From NCBI GenBank assembly GCA_945888575.1, contig CAMDAM010000001.1:1-57074 (forward strand): a DNA stretch of 57,074 bases, given 5' to 3'. The DNA is from Asaia bogorensis. Its GTDB lineage: Bacteria > Pseudomonadota > Alphaproteobacteria > Acetobacterales > Acetobacteraceae. Below the pieces are notes generated by a model that did no database searches, was not told where the DNA came from, and saw only the letters and a program-made list of their open reading frames with translations. Below, piece by piece: positions 1-8,722 of this stretch; position 1 is the first letter of the stretch; each line of letters begins with the position of its first letter. The position numbers and the translations under genes are program-made.

Positions 1-134
1 GCCAGGCGGATCTGGACGCGATCGCCCTGCGTCTGAACACGCGCCCGCGAGCACGTCTGAATGCTCTGACCCCGTTGGAGTGCTTCAATCAAATGATCGA
101 ATTCGACCGGATGAATGGACCGAAGACACAGTAG
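1..134 (+). mobile_element. IS30-family transposase, C-terminal fragment (5' part outside window)
   Basis: Frame 3 reads QADLDAIALRLNTRPRARLNALTPLECFNQMIEFDRMNGPKTQ* with stop TAG at 132-134. It resembles the conserved IS30 transposase tail (..LN.RPRK.LG..TP.E.F..). Called from recalled family consensus only. Confidence 0.5.
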
Positions 135-223
135 AAGAGAAGTGGTTGCACCCGGACCTTGAAACCGCCGACTTTTATTCGTTTGCGCCTTGGGTACCCG
201 TTCGCACCGATCCGCAAATGGAT

Positions 224-269
224 AAAAGTTTTTTGGTTCTTTTTTTCAAAAAAGAACGCGCTTGCCTCC
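224..269 (+). repeat. AT-rich hairpin repeat, solo unit A (copy 1)
   Basis: AAAAGTTTTTTGGTTCTTTTTTTCAAAAAAGAAC followed by GCGCTTGCCTCC. The 32-nt core (226-257) is identical to five other copies in the window. Confidence 0.9.
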
Positions 270-309
270 CCTTATGGACCCCACCGCGCGGAGCGGATAT
301 CCCAGGTCC

Positions 310-3300
310 ATGACCAGCTTCTCCCTGCCACGCCTGCTCGCCGCCATTGCGGAATATTGCCGCACCCGCGCCCTTCACGTGGTGCTCGCCGGCGTGGTGC
401 TGGCGGCCCTCGGCGCCTGGGCCGCCGCCGCGCGGCTGGGTGTTTCCACCGACACCGATGCGCTGTTCGACCCTGCCCTGCCCTGGCGCCAGCGCGAGAT
501 TGCCGCGGCGAAGGCCTTCCCGCAGTTCAGCGACCTGTTGGTGGCTGTGGTGGAAGGCGCCACGCCGGAGGAGGCCGATGCCACCGCCGATGCCCTGGCC
601 GCGAAACTGGCCGCCGACACGACCCATTTCCGCTTCGCCCGCCGCCCTGATGCCGCACCCTTCCTGCAACGCCATGGCCTGCTCTACCTCGACACGCCTG
701 ACCTCACGGCCCTGCTGGACCAGACGATCGACGCCCAGCCCTTCCTGGGCCAGCTCGCCTCCGACCCCTCGGCGCGCGGGTTGTTCTCCACCCTGGCCCT
801 GGTGGCGATGGGCGTGGAGCGCGGCGAGAAGCTCGACAGCTTCCGCCCGGCGCTGCAGGGCTTCGCCGCGGCCCTGGGCGATGCCGCCGCCGGCACCCCC
901 ACGCCGCTGTCGTGGCAGCGGCTGCTCGGCGGCAAGCTGATGGAGATGGCCGGCCCGCGTCGGCTGGTGCTGGCCCAGGCAAGGCTTGACCTCGGCGCGC
1001 TGGAGCCCGGCGGCGCGGCCACCGCGGCCTTGCGCCAGGCCGCCGCCGGGCTGGAGCACGTCGCTGCCGGCCGCGCCACGGTGCGCGTGACCGGCCAGGT
1101 GGCGCTGGCGGACGAGGAATTCGCCACCGTGGCCCAGGGTGCGCTTGGCGGCGTGGCGGTCTCCGCCGCGCTGGTGCTGCTGTGGCTCGTGCTCGCCGTG
1201 CGCTCCTGGCGACTGATCGTGCCGATCGTGGCGACATTGTGGCTTGGCCTGGTGCTCACCAGCGGCTTCGCGGCGCTGGCGGTGGGCACGCTCAACCTGG
1301 TCTCGGTGGCCTTCGCCGTGCTGTTCACCGGCATCGCGGTGGATTTCGCCATCCAATTCTGCGTGCGCTACCGGGAGATGCGGCTTTCCTCCGGCGATCC
1401 CACCCTGGCGCTGACGCAGACCGTGGTCTCTGTCGGACCGCAGATCCTGCTCGCCGCGGTGGCCATTGCCGCGGGGTTCCTGGCCTTCGTGCCCACCAGC
1501 TTCCGCGGCGTGGCGGAGCTGGGGCTGATCGCCGGCTTTGGCATGCTGATCGCGCTGGCCTGCACGCTCACCTTCCTCCCCGCCATGCTCGCCCTGCTGC
1601 GCCCGCGCGGAGAAGCGGCGGAGATCGGCTGGGCCTGGGCCGCACGGGTGGAGAGGAAGCTGCTGCGCCACCGCGTGGCCGTTGCCGCAGGCTTCGCGGT
1701 GCTGTGCCTGCTCGGTGCCGCGCTGCTGCCGCGCATCGCCTTCGACAGCGACCCGCTGCACACCAAGGACCCGTCCACAGAAGCCATGGTCACGCTGCGC
1801 GCGCTGATGGACGACCCGCTCACCTCCCCCTATTCGGCGGACATCATGGTCGCCTCCCCGCAGGAGGCCGCCTTGATGATGCCACGATTGCGCGCCCTGC
1901 CGCTGGTGGCGGAGGTTGTCAGCCTCCCCTCCCTGGTGCCGGAGAACCAGGAGGAGAAGCTGCCCCTGATCGCGGACGCCGCCTCCATCCTCGGCGCCAC
2001 CCTGGCCCCCCGCTCCGCCCCCGCCCCGGTGACACCGGCCGATCTGCGGCTGGCCGTGCTCACCGCCCGCACCGAGATCGACCGCGTGCTGCCGCGCCTG
2101 GCGCCGGATGACCCGCTGCGCGCCATCGCCGCCGCGTTGGCCACCCTGGCCACCGCGCCGGATGAGCGGCTGATGCAGGCGAATGCCGCCCTGACCCGTT
2201 TCCTGCCGCGCCAGCTCGATGCGCTGCGCCGCGTGCTGGAGGCCGGGCCCGTGACCCTGGCGGACATCCCCGCCGACCTCGCTGCCGACTGGCGCGCGCC
2301 GGACGGGCGCATCCGCATCCAGGCCAGCGCCAAGCCCGAGGCGCGGGACGGGGCGGGGCTGCAGCATTTCGTCGCCCAGATCCGCACCGTCGCCCCCCAG
2401 GCCGGCGGATCGGCGGTCACGATCGTGGAAACGGCGGGCACCATCGTCGGCGCCTTCGTGACCGCCGCGCTGGGCGCGCTGGCCGCCATCGCCGTGCTGC
2501 TGCTGGTGCTGCTGCGCCGGCCGCTGGACGTGGCGCTGGTGCTCGGCTCCCTGCTCGCCTCCGCGCTGCTGACGGTTCCCGTGATCGTGTTGCTGCCAAT
2601 GCCGCTGAACTTCGCCAATATCGTCGCGTTGCCACTGCTGCTGGGGGTGGGCGTGTCGTTCAACATCTACTTCGTGATGAACCGTGCCGCCGGTGCCACG
2701 GCCTTCCTGGGTACCGCCACGGCGCGCGCGGTGCTGTTCTCCGCGCTGACCACCGCCACTGCCTTCGGCTCGCTGGCCGCCAGCGCGCACCCGGGCACGG
2801 CCAGCATGGGCGCGCTGCTGCTCTGGAGCCTTGGCGCCACCCTGCTCGTCACCTTCGTGCTGCTGCCGGTGGTGCTCGCCTGGAAGCGGGCCACCGGCGC
2901 GGTTCTGGGCGCCCTGCTGCTGCTGGGCCTGCCGCTCCCGGCAGGGGCCGACACGCTGGTGCCGCCGGAAGGCGCGCAGCAGGGCGGGCCGCAAGTGCGC
3001 GCCCTGTGGCGGTTCGATGCACCAGCCACCGGCACCGGCACGCTCGCCCTGGAATGGACCGACACGCTGGGCCGCGTGGTGGAACGCCGCCGCATACCGC
3101 TCGACCTGCGCGCCGCGCGTGAGGTGGCGATCCCGCTGGACATGCGGCGCGCCATCGCCATGTCCAATACCCTCGCCGCCACGCTGGAACTCGCGGGCCA
3201 GCCGCCGCGCCGGCAGGAGGCCGGCTTCATCGCCCGCCCCCAGCCCGGTTGGCACGATTGGGTGGCACAGTACTGGCACGAGGCCGACGCGCCATCGCGC

Positions 3301-5340
3301 CGCCGCCTGTACGACCTCGGCATCACCGCCGGCAAGGTGATCCCCAGCCGCGAGGACCCCTACGACCCCGCCCTGGCCGAAACCCGCATGGCCCCCATGG
3401 TGGCGGCCGATACGCGCTGGTACCTGGAGAACATCGCAACCGACCTCTACGCCAACTATCACCGCTGGCGCCCCAACCTCAGCGTGACCTGGCTGTGGGA
3501 CGAGGTGCGCCGCCGCCAGCGCGAGAACCCGGCCGACCCCACCGTGTTCCACCGCGAGCCCAGCCTTTCCGACCCCGTCTGGATCGCCCGCATCCAGGAG
3601 CGCATCCGCGCCACCGTGCGCCATCTCGGCCCCTATCGCCCGCTGTGGTACGATCTGGCCGACGAGGCGGGGATCGCCGACCTCGCCGCGGCCTGGGATT
3701 TCGACATGGGGGCGCAGTCCCTGGCCGGCTTCCGGACCTGGCTGCGCAGCCAGTACCGCGACCTCGCGGCACTCAACCGGCAATGGGGCAGCAGCTTCGC
3801 CACGTGGGATGCGGTGATGCCGCTGACCACCACGGAGGCGCTGGCCCGGCAGGATCGCAACTGGTCCGCCTGGGCCGACTTCAAGGCCTGGATGGACATC
3901 GCCTTCGCCCGTGCCCTGCGCGCCGGCACCGATGCACTGCACAAGGCCGACCCCACCGCGCTCTCCGGCATCGCCGGCGCGCAGGTGCCGGGTTGGGGCG
4001 GCTACGACTACGGCCTGCTCGTCGGCGCGCTCGATGCGCTGGAGGTCTACGACAATGCCAACAATATGGAGATTGTCCGCTCCATCAGCCCCAGCACGGT
4101 GTTGCTCAATACCAACTTCGCCTCCGGGCCCGGCGAGATTGCCGGCATTTGGCGACAGGTCCTGCTCGGCAGCCGCGGCCTGGTGCTGTGGGATTCAAAT
4201 GCGTCGTTGCTGAACCCCGCCTCGCCGCGCACCACCGGCCTCGCCCCTGTACTGCGAGAACTCACCGGCGGCCTTGGCGCCCAGCTGATTGCCAGCCAGC
4301 CGCACCACGATGGGGTGGCGATCCTGTATTCCCAGGCCAGCTTCCGCACCCAGTGGCTGGAGGAGCAGTTGGCCGTGGGCCCACGCTGGGTGGAACGCGA
4401 TTCCGAGAAGGAATGGTTCTTCACCCCGCCCCATCGCGCCGCCCGCCAGCGTGCCGCCCGGCTGCTTTCCACCCTCGGCGCCCAGCCCCGCTGGCTTACC
4501 TCCGACCTGCTCGCCGGCGGGGCGCTGCGCAAGTCTGGCGTCCGGCTGCTTGTGCTCCCCGAGGTCTCCGCCCTGTCCGACGCGGAGGCGGCCGAAATCC
4601 GCGCCTTCGCCGCGCGCGGTGGCACCGTGCTGATGATGGGCACGCCCGGCCGCTACGACGGCCGCAGCCGCCTGCTGCCACGCCCGCTCCTGGCCAACCT
4701 GGCCCCCGCCCGCGCCATCGCTCGCCTGCCGGAGAACGACGAGGCCGCCCTGCCCGCGCTGGCCGCCCTGCTCGCCCGCGCAGAGACGGCTCCTCTGCTG
4801 CGTATCACCGCTGCCGCCGGCGGCCCCGACCCCAACGTGGAGACCCGCGTGCTGTCCAACGGCCGTGTGCTGCTTGTGGGCCTGCGCCCGCTCACGCAGG
4901 GGCCCACCGATATCGTCTTGACGCTGCCGCAGGGCCACACCGCGCACGACCTGCGCCGCGGCGGCCGGTTGCCGGAGTCGCAGGGCCGCCTGCCGCTGCG
5001 CCTTTCCGGCCCCGATCCCGTGATCCTGGCCCTCACCCCCGCGCGCCTGCCCGCACCCACGATCATGGCCGGGGCGGCCCTGCGCACGGGCAATGTCGCC
5101 GAACTGCGCCTTGGCCTCTCTGGCGCCACACCGGCCGAGGCCACAGCGCTCCGCGTGGAGGTTACCGCGCCCGATGGCACAGCGATGCCGCGCTATGGCG
5201 GCAACGTGGTTCTGCGCGGCGGCCCAGCCACCTGGCGCCTGCCGCTTGCCGCCAACGACCCGGTGGGACTGTGGCAGGTTCGCGTGACCGACATGCTCTC
5301 GGGCGCCAGCGACCGGATTGTGCTGCCGGTCGCGCCGTAA
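310..5340 (+). CDS. HpnN-like RND/MMPL transporter fused in frame to a GH42-like (beta-galactosidase-type) domain
   Basis: One uninterrupted ORF (track 262..5340; ATG at 310, alternative ATG at 274). The N-terminal ~860 aa match hopanoid-associated RND HpnN (..STDTDALFDPALPWRQREIAAAKAFPQFSDLLVAVVEG.., 12-TM MMPL layout). Next comes WKRATGAVLGALLLLGLPLPAGA-DT, an extra hydrophobic, signal-like helix (nt ~2881-2950). The final ~800 aa carry GH42-style motifs (FRTWLRSQYRDLAALNRQWGSSFATWDAV; a trimerisation-domain-like block VAILYSQASF...VRLLVLPEVSALSDAEAAEIRAFAARGGTVLMMG). Confidence 0.75.
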   Translation: MTSFSLPRLLAAIAEYCRTRALHVVLAGVVLAALGAWAAAARLGVSTDTDALFDPALPWRQREIAAAKAFPQFSDLLVAVVEGATPEEADATADALAAKLAADTTHFRFARRPDAAPFLQRHGLLYLDTPDLTALLDQTIDAQPFLGQLASDPSARGLFSTLALVAMGVERGEKLDSFRPALQGFAAALGDAAAGTPTPLSWQRLLGGKLMEMAGPRRLVLAQARLDLGALEPGGAATAALRQAAAGLEHVAAGRATVRVTGQVALADEEFATVAQGALGGVAVSAALVLLWLVLAVRSWRLIVPIVATLWLGLVLTSGFAALAVGTLNLVSVAFAVLFTGIAVDFAIQFCVRYREMRLSSGDPTLALTQTVVSVGPQILLAAVAIAAGFLAFVPTSFRGVAELGLIAGFGMLIALACTLTFLPAMLALLRPRGEAAEIGWAWAARVERKLLRHRVAVAAGFAVLCLLGAALLPRIAFDSDPLHTKDPSTEAMVTLRALMDDPLTSPYSADIMVASPQEAALMMPRLRALPLVAEVVSLPSLVPENQEEKLPLIADAASILGATLAPRSAPAPVTPADLRLAVLTARTEIDRVLPRLAPDDPLRAIAAALATLATAPDERLMQANAALTRFLPRQLDALRRVLEAGPVTLADIPADLAADWRAPDGRIRIQASAKPEARDGAGLQHFVAQIRTVAPQAGGSAVTIVETAGTIVGAFVTAALGALAAIAVLLLVLLRRPLDVALVLGSLLASALLTVPVIVLLPMPLNFANIVALPLLLGVGVSFNIYFVMNRAAGATAFLGTATARAVLFSALTTATAFGSLAASAHPGTASMGALLLWSLGATLLVTFVLLPVVLAWKRATGAVLGALLLLGLPLPAGADTLVPPEGAQQGGPQVRALWRFDAPATGTGTLALEWTDTLGRVVERRRIPLDLRAAREVAIPLDMRRAIAMSNTLAATLELAGQPPRRQEAGFIARPQPGWHDWVAQYWHEADAPSRRRLYDLGITAGKVIPSREDPYDPALAETRMAPMVAADTRWYLENIATDLYANYHRWRPNLSVTWLWDEVRRRQRENPADPTVFHREPSLSDPVWIARIQERIRATVRHLGPYRPLWYDLADEAGIADLAAAWDFDMGAQSLAGFRTWLRSQYRDLAALNRQWGSSFATWDAVMPLTTTEALARQDRNWSAWADFKAWMDIAFARALRAGTDALHKADPTALSGIAGAQVPGWGGYDYGLLVGALDALEVYDNANNMEIVRSISPSTVLLNTNFASGPGEIAGIWRQVLLGSRGLVLWDSNASLLNPASPRTTGLAPVLRELTGGLGAQLIASQPHHDGVAILYSQASFRTQWLEEQLAVGPRWVERDSEKEWFFTPPHRAARQRAARLLSTLGAQPRWLTSDLLAGGALRKSGVRLLVLPEVSALSDAEAAEIRAFAARGGTVLMMGTPGRYDGRSRLLPRPLLANLAPARAIARLPENDEAALPALAALLARAETAPLLRITAAAGGPDPNVETRVLSNGRVLLVGLRPLTQGPTDIVLTLPQGHTAHDLRRGGRLPESQGRLPLRLSGPDPVILALTPARLPAPTIMAGAALRTGNVAELRLGLSGATPAEATALRVEVTAPDGTAMPRYGGNVVLRGGPATWRLPLAANDPVGLWQVRVTDMLSGASDRIVLPVAP

Positions 5341-5343
5341 CGC

Positions 5344-6258
5344 CTACGGAACGCGCGGCGAAACCGGCGTGGCGCCGTCCATCGTGGCGCGCACGAAGGC
5401 ACCGCCATTGACGATGGCGCGGCGCCCGGCGGCCAGCACCGGGTGCATCACGTGCCACACGTGGATCATCTCCGGCCACACCTCCAGCGTGACGGCCACG
5501 TGTGCCGCCCCGGCCAGCGCGGCCAGCCGGGTTGAATCGTCCAGCAGCGTCTCGGCCGCGCCCACCTGGATCAGCAGCGGCGCGAGGCCGGTGAAATCGG
5601 CATGCAGGGGGGAAGCCAGCGGGTTCTTCGGATCCGCCCCGCCCAGATAGGTCTTGGCCATGAACTCCAGCCCGGCCTTCTGCACCGTGGGGTCCTCGGC
5701 GGACTTGGACGTGATCGAGCCGCCGGTGGCCTCCATGTCGATCCAGGGCGAGATGCACCAGCCGCAGGACGGCTGCGGCAGCCCGGCGTCGCGGATCGCC
5801 AGCAGGGCGGACACCACCAGGCCGCCGCCGGCACTGTCGCCGGCCAGCGCGATGTGCGACGGCGCGTAGCCCTGGGCCAGCAGGTAGCGATAGCCGGCCA
5901 CGGCATCCTCCACCGGTGCCGGGAACGGATGCTCCGGCGCCATGCGGTACTCCAGCGCCAGTACGCGCGCCGCCGCCGCCCGGCCCATCTCCGCCACCGC
6001 ATGCCGGTGGCTGTCCAGCGAGCCGATCACGAAGCCGCCGCCGTGGAAATATAGGATCGCGCGGTTGGCCGCGGCGTTCGGCGTGCTGGTCCACTCGGCC
6101 TTCACCCCGGCGGCGGTCACCTGCTCCACCGCTACGTCGTCCGCCAGCTTGTTCGCCAGGCCACGCGCATCGATGCCGCGGCGCATTTCGGCGAGATCCG
6201 CCGCCTTCGGCCGTGCGGCGATGGCGGCGCGCAGGGCGTCGATTTCAGGATTGCTCAT
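5344..6258 (-). CDS. alpha/beta hydrolase, HSL-type esterase/lipase family
   Basis: 304 aa with the HGGGF oxyanion motif and the GDSAGG nucleophile elbow. Confidence 0.85.
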   Translation of the reverse strand: MSNPEIDALRAAIAARPKAADLAEMRRGIDARGLANKLADDVAVEQVTAAGVKAEWTSTPNAAANRAILYFHGGGFVIGSLDSHRHAVAEMGRAAAARVLALEYRMAPEHPFPAPVEDAVAGYRYLLAQGYAPSHIALAGDSAGGGLVVSALLAIRDAGLPQPSCGWCISPWIDMEATGGSITSKSAEDPTVQKAGLEFMAKTYLGGADPKNPLASPLHADFTGLAPLLIQVGAAETLLDDSTRLAALAGAAHVAVTLEVWPEMIHVWHVMHPVLAAGRRAIVNGGAFVRATMDGATPVSPRVP

Positions 6259-6278
6259 GGTTAGTTTCCCCGAGGTTT

Positions 6279-6385
6279 AAGCAAGAATCTTCTTTTTCTG
6301 AAGAAAAAGAAGCAAAAAGACTTTTATCATTTTTCTGTCATAAAAGTTTTTTGGTTCTTTTTTTCAAAAAAGAACGTGCTTCCTT
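6279..6385 (+). repeat. AT-rich twin-hairpin repeat, composite B-spacer-A (copy 2)
   Basis: Unit B core at 6289-6323 (CTTCTTTTTC-TGAA-GAAAAAGAAG hairpin), a 16-nt spacer, and unit A core at 6344-6375. The GCTTCCTT tail overlaps the TAA stop (6384-6386, minus strand) of the amidase gene. Confidence 0.9.
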
Positions 6386-7724
6386 ACTTCAGTGCTGCCT
6401 CCACCGCCGCCGCCACGCGGAACAGTTTGGCATCCCCCATCGTCTCGCCCATCAGCATCAGCCCCACCGGGGCCTCGCCCGGCTGGGTGCAGGGCAGCGA
6501 GATGGCGCAGCGGTCCAGGAAGTTGCCGAAGGCGCAGTTGCGCAGCTGCATCAGGTTCACCCGGGTATAGGCATCGCTGTCCGCCTCCAGCGCTGCGATC
6601 GGCGGCGGCAGCAGCGGGCAGGTGGGCATCACGATGGCATCGAAATCCTGCGTGACGGCATTGGCTCGGGCGCAGATCTCGGCGCGCGCGGAGAGCAGGG
6701 CCACGTAGTCCGCGGCCGCCATGTCCCGCCCCGGCATGATGCGCTTGAGCACCTGGGGGTCGTACCCGGCGGCCTTCGCAGCGATCAGCTCGCGGTGCCA
6801 GGCCCAGGCCTCGGCGGCGGCGAAGGTGCCGCGGGCGTTGGCGCGGGGGATCTCGTCGAATGCTGCCAGCCGGAGGCGCACGATGCGGGCACCGGCGGCC
6901 GAGAGCTTGGACAGCGCGGCCTCGAACGCATTGGCCACCTCGGCATCCATGCCATCCAGCACCGCATTCTCCGGCGCGCCCAGGCGCAGGCCGGCGAGCG
7001 GGGCGGCGGCGAGGTCGGGGATCGGTTCGCCGGCGAACACCGCATCGATCGCGGCACAGCAGGCGACGGAATTGGCCAGCGGCCCGATCGAATCGAGGCT
7101 GGTGGACAGCGGCACCACGCCGGTGATCGGCACGCGGCGGGCGGTGGGCTTGTAGCCGACCACGCCGTTCATCGCCGCCGGAATGCGGCAGGAGCCGCCG
7201 GTATCCGTGCCCAGCGCGCCATAGGCCATGGCATCGGCGATCGACACGCCGGCGCCGGAGGAGGAACCGCCCGGGATGCGGCCCGTCGCGCGGTCCCACG
7301 GGGATTTCGGTGTGCCGTAATGCGGGTTGATGCCCAGGCCGGAGAAGGCGAACTCCGTCATGTTCGTGCGGCCCATGATCACGAACCCGGCCTCCGCGAT
7401 GCGTTGCACTACGGGGGCGTTGGCCGCCTCCGGCGCGGCATCTGCCAGCACGGTGGAGCCGGCGGTGGTGACCTGCCCGGCGATCCCGGCCAGGTCCTTC
7501 ACGCTGAACGGAATGCCCGCGAACGGGCCCAGCGCGCGGCCGGCGCGGCGCAGCAGGTCCATCGCATCGGCGGCGGCGCGGGCGCCGTCGGCATCCACCT
7601 TGATAAAGGCGCGGCTGCCCTCCCCGGCGGGGTCGGCAATGCGGGCGAGGCAGTCCTCCACCAGCTGGCGGGATGTGGTCTTGCCAACGGCAAGGGCGGC
7701 GGAGAGATCGTTCAGGGTGCGCAT
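6384..7724 (-). CDS. amidase (amidase-signature family)
   Basis: Start MRTLNDLSAAL at 7724, internal to track ORF 6384..8039. GGSSSGAG amidase signature and a GatA-like fold pattern. Confidence 0.85.
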   Translation of the reverse strand: MRTLNDLSAALAVGKTTSRQLVEDCLARIADPAGEGSRAFIKVDADGARAAADAMDLLRRAGRALGPFAGIPFSVKDLAGIAGQVTTAGSTVLADAAPEAANAPVVQRIAEAGFVIMGRTNMTEFAFSGLGINPHYGTPKSPWDRATGRIPGGSSSGAGVSIADAMAYGALGTDTGGSCRIPAAMNGVVGYKPTARRVPITGVVPLSTSLDSIGPLANSVACCAAIDAVFAGEPIPDLAAAPLAGLRLGAPENAVLDGMDAEVANAFEAALSKLSAAGARIVRLRLAAFDEIPRANARGTFAAAEAWAWHRELIAAKAAGYDPQVLKRIMPGRDMAAADYVALLSARAEICARANAVTQDFDAIVMPTCPLLPPPIAALEADSDAYTRVNLMQLRNCAFGNFLDRCAISLPCTQPGEAPVGLMLMGETMGDAKLFRVAAAVEAALK

Positions 7725-7817
7725 GGGCGAAGGGTGCAGCGCGAGGCGCGGGCGCGCAAGGTGTTGACGGCGGCGGCCCCCCGATGCCCTGCTGCGGCGA
7801 AACCCAGGAGAGCGACG

Positions 7818-8645
7818 ATGAGCCAGATTCCCGAAAAGCCCGTGCTGCTCACCGGCGCCTCCGGCGGGCTCGGCCGCGTGCTGGCGCGTGGCCTGGGGGC
7901 CCTGGGGTGGAAGCTGGTGCTGACCGATATCGTGCCCTTCCCCGACCCGGTGCCGGCGGGAAGCCGCTTCGTGAAGGCGGACCTGAATGACGGCGTGACG
8001 ATCCTGCGCCTGGCCGAAGGCTGCGGCATGATCCTGCATTTCGGCGGCGTTTCAGTGGAGCGGCCGTTCGAGGAGGTGCTGGGGCCGAACATCCGCGGCC
8101 TCTACCACATCTACGAAGCCGCCCGCCGCGAGGGTGCGCGCGTGCTGTTCGCGAGCAGCAACCACGCCATCGGCTTCCACGAACGCAGCGAGGCGCTGGA
8201 CGACGACTGCCAGCTTCTGCCCGATGGCTATTACGGGCTTTCCAAGGCCTATGGCGAGCTGATGGGGCGGATGTACTGGTTCAAGCACGGGGTGGAGAAC
8301 ATCAACGTGCGGATCGGCAGTTCCTTCCCGGAGCCGATCGACGCGCGGATGCTCTCCACCTGGCTGAGCTACGACGACTTGGTGCGGCTATGCGTGCGGG
8401 CGACGCTGGCGGAACGGGTGGAGAGCTGCGTGATCTGGGGGGCTTCGGCGAACAGCCGGACGTATTGGGGCCGGGATGCGCGGGATACGCTGGGGTGGGC
8501 GCCGGAGGATAGTGCGGATGGGTTTGCGGGGCAGATGGGGGGGAAGGTGACGGGGGATGCGGTGATGGAGCGGTATCAGGGGGGGGCTTACACGGGGATG
8601 GAGTATTCTCGGGAGGGCGGGGTGCCGGGGAAGATGTTTCGCTAG
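7818..8645 (+). CDS. NAD-dependent epimerase/dehydratase (uronate-dehydrogenase-like extended SDR)
   Basis: MSQIPEKPVLLTGASGGLGR Rossmann motif and YGLSK catalytic Y-x3-K. AGGAGA RBS upstream of the ATG at 7818. The N-terminal extension of the track ORF (5916..) is GC shadow. Confidence 0.8.
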   Translation: MSQIPEKPVLLTGASGGLGRVLARGLGALGWKLVLTDIVPFPDPVPAGSRFVKADLNDGVTILRLAEGCGMILHFGGVSVERPFEEVLGPNIRGLYHIYEAARREGARVLFASSNHAIGFHERSEALDDDCQLLPDGYYGLSKAYGELMGRMYWFKHGVENINVRIGSSFPEPIDARMLSTWLSYDDLVRLCVRATLAERVESCVIWGASANSRTYWGRDARDTLGWAPEDSADGFAGQMGGKVTGDAVMERYQGGAYTGMEYSREGGVPGKMFR

Positions 8646-8722
8646 CTAGCACGCTTGACGTTTCCAGCTGGTCGAGCAAACATGATACCGTAATCAAAAT
8701 AAAATAGGAAAGTTCGTCGGCG

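Noticed and set aside
175-3942. 1255-aa minus-strand ORF antisense to the hpnN-like gene
   Set aside because: The composition is Gly/Arg/Ala/Gln/His-rich with no motifs, typical of stop-codon-poor antisense frames in ~70% GC DNA. The plus-strand frame has a clear HpnN match.
5916-7817. N-terminal 634-aa extension of track ORF 5916..8645
   Set aside because: Only the last 275 aa (from the ATG at 7818, with an AGGAGA RBS) look like a protein (SDR). The extension overlaps the esterase and amidase genes and one AT-rich repeat.
8655-8683. Sigma-70-type promoter for the peptidase gene (TTGACG-N17-AAACAT)
   Set aside because: The -35 hexamer is good but the -10 matches TATAAT at only 3/6 positions. 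This is too weak to call without TSS data.
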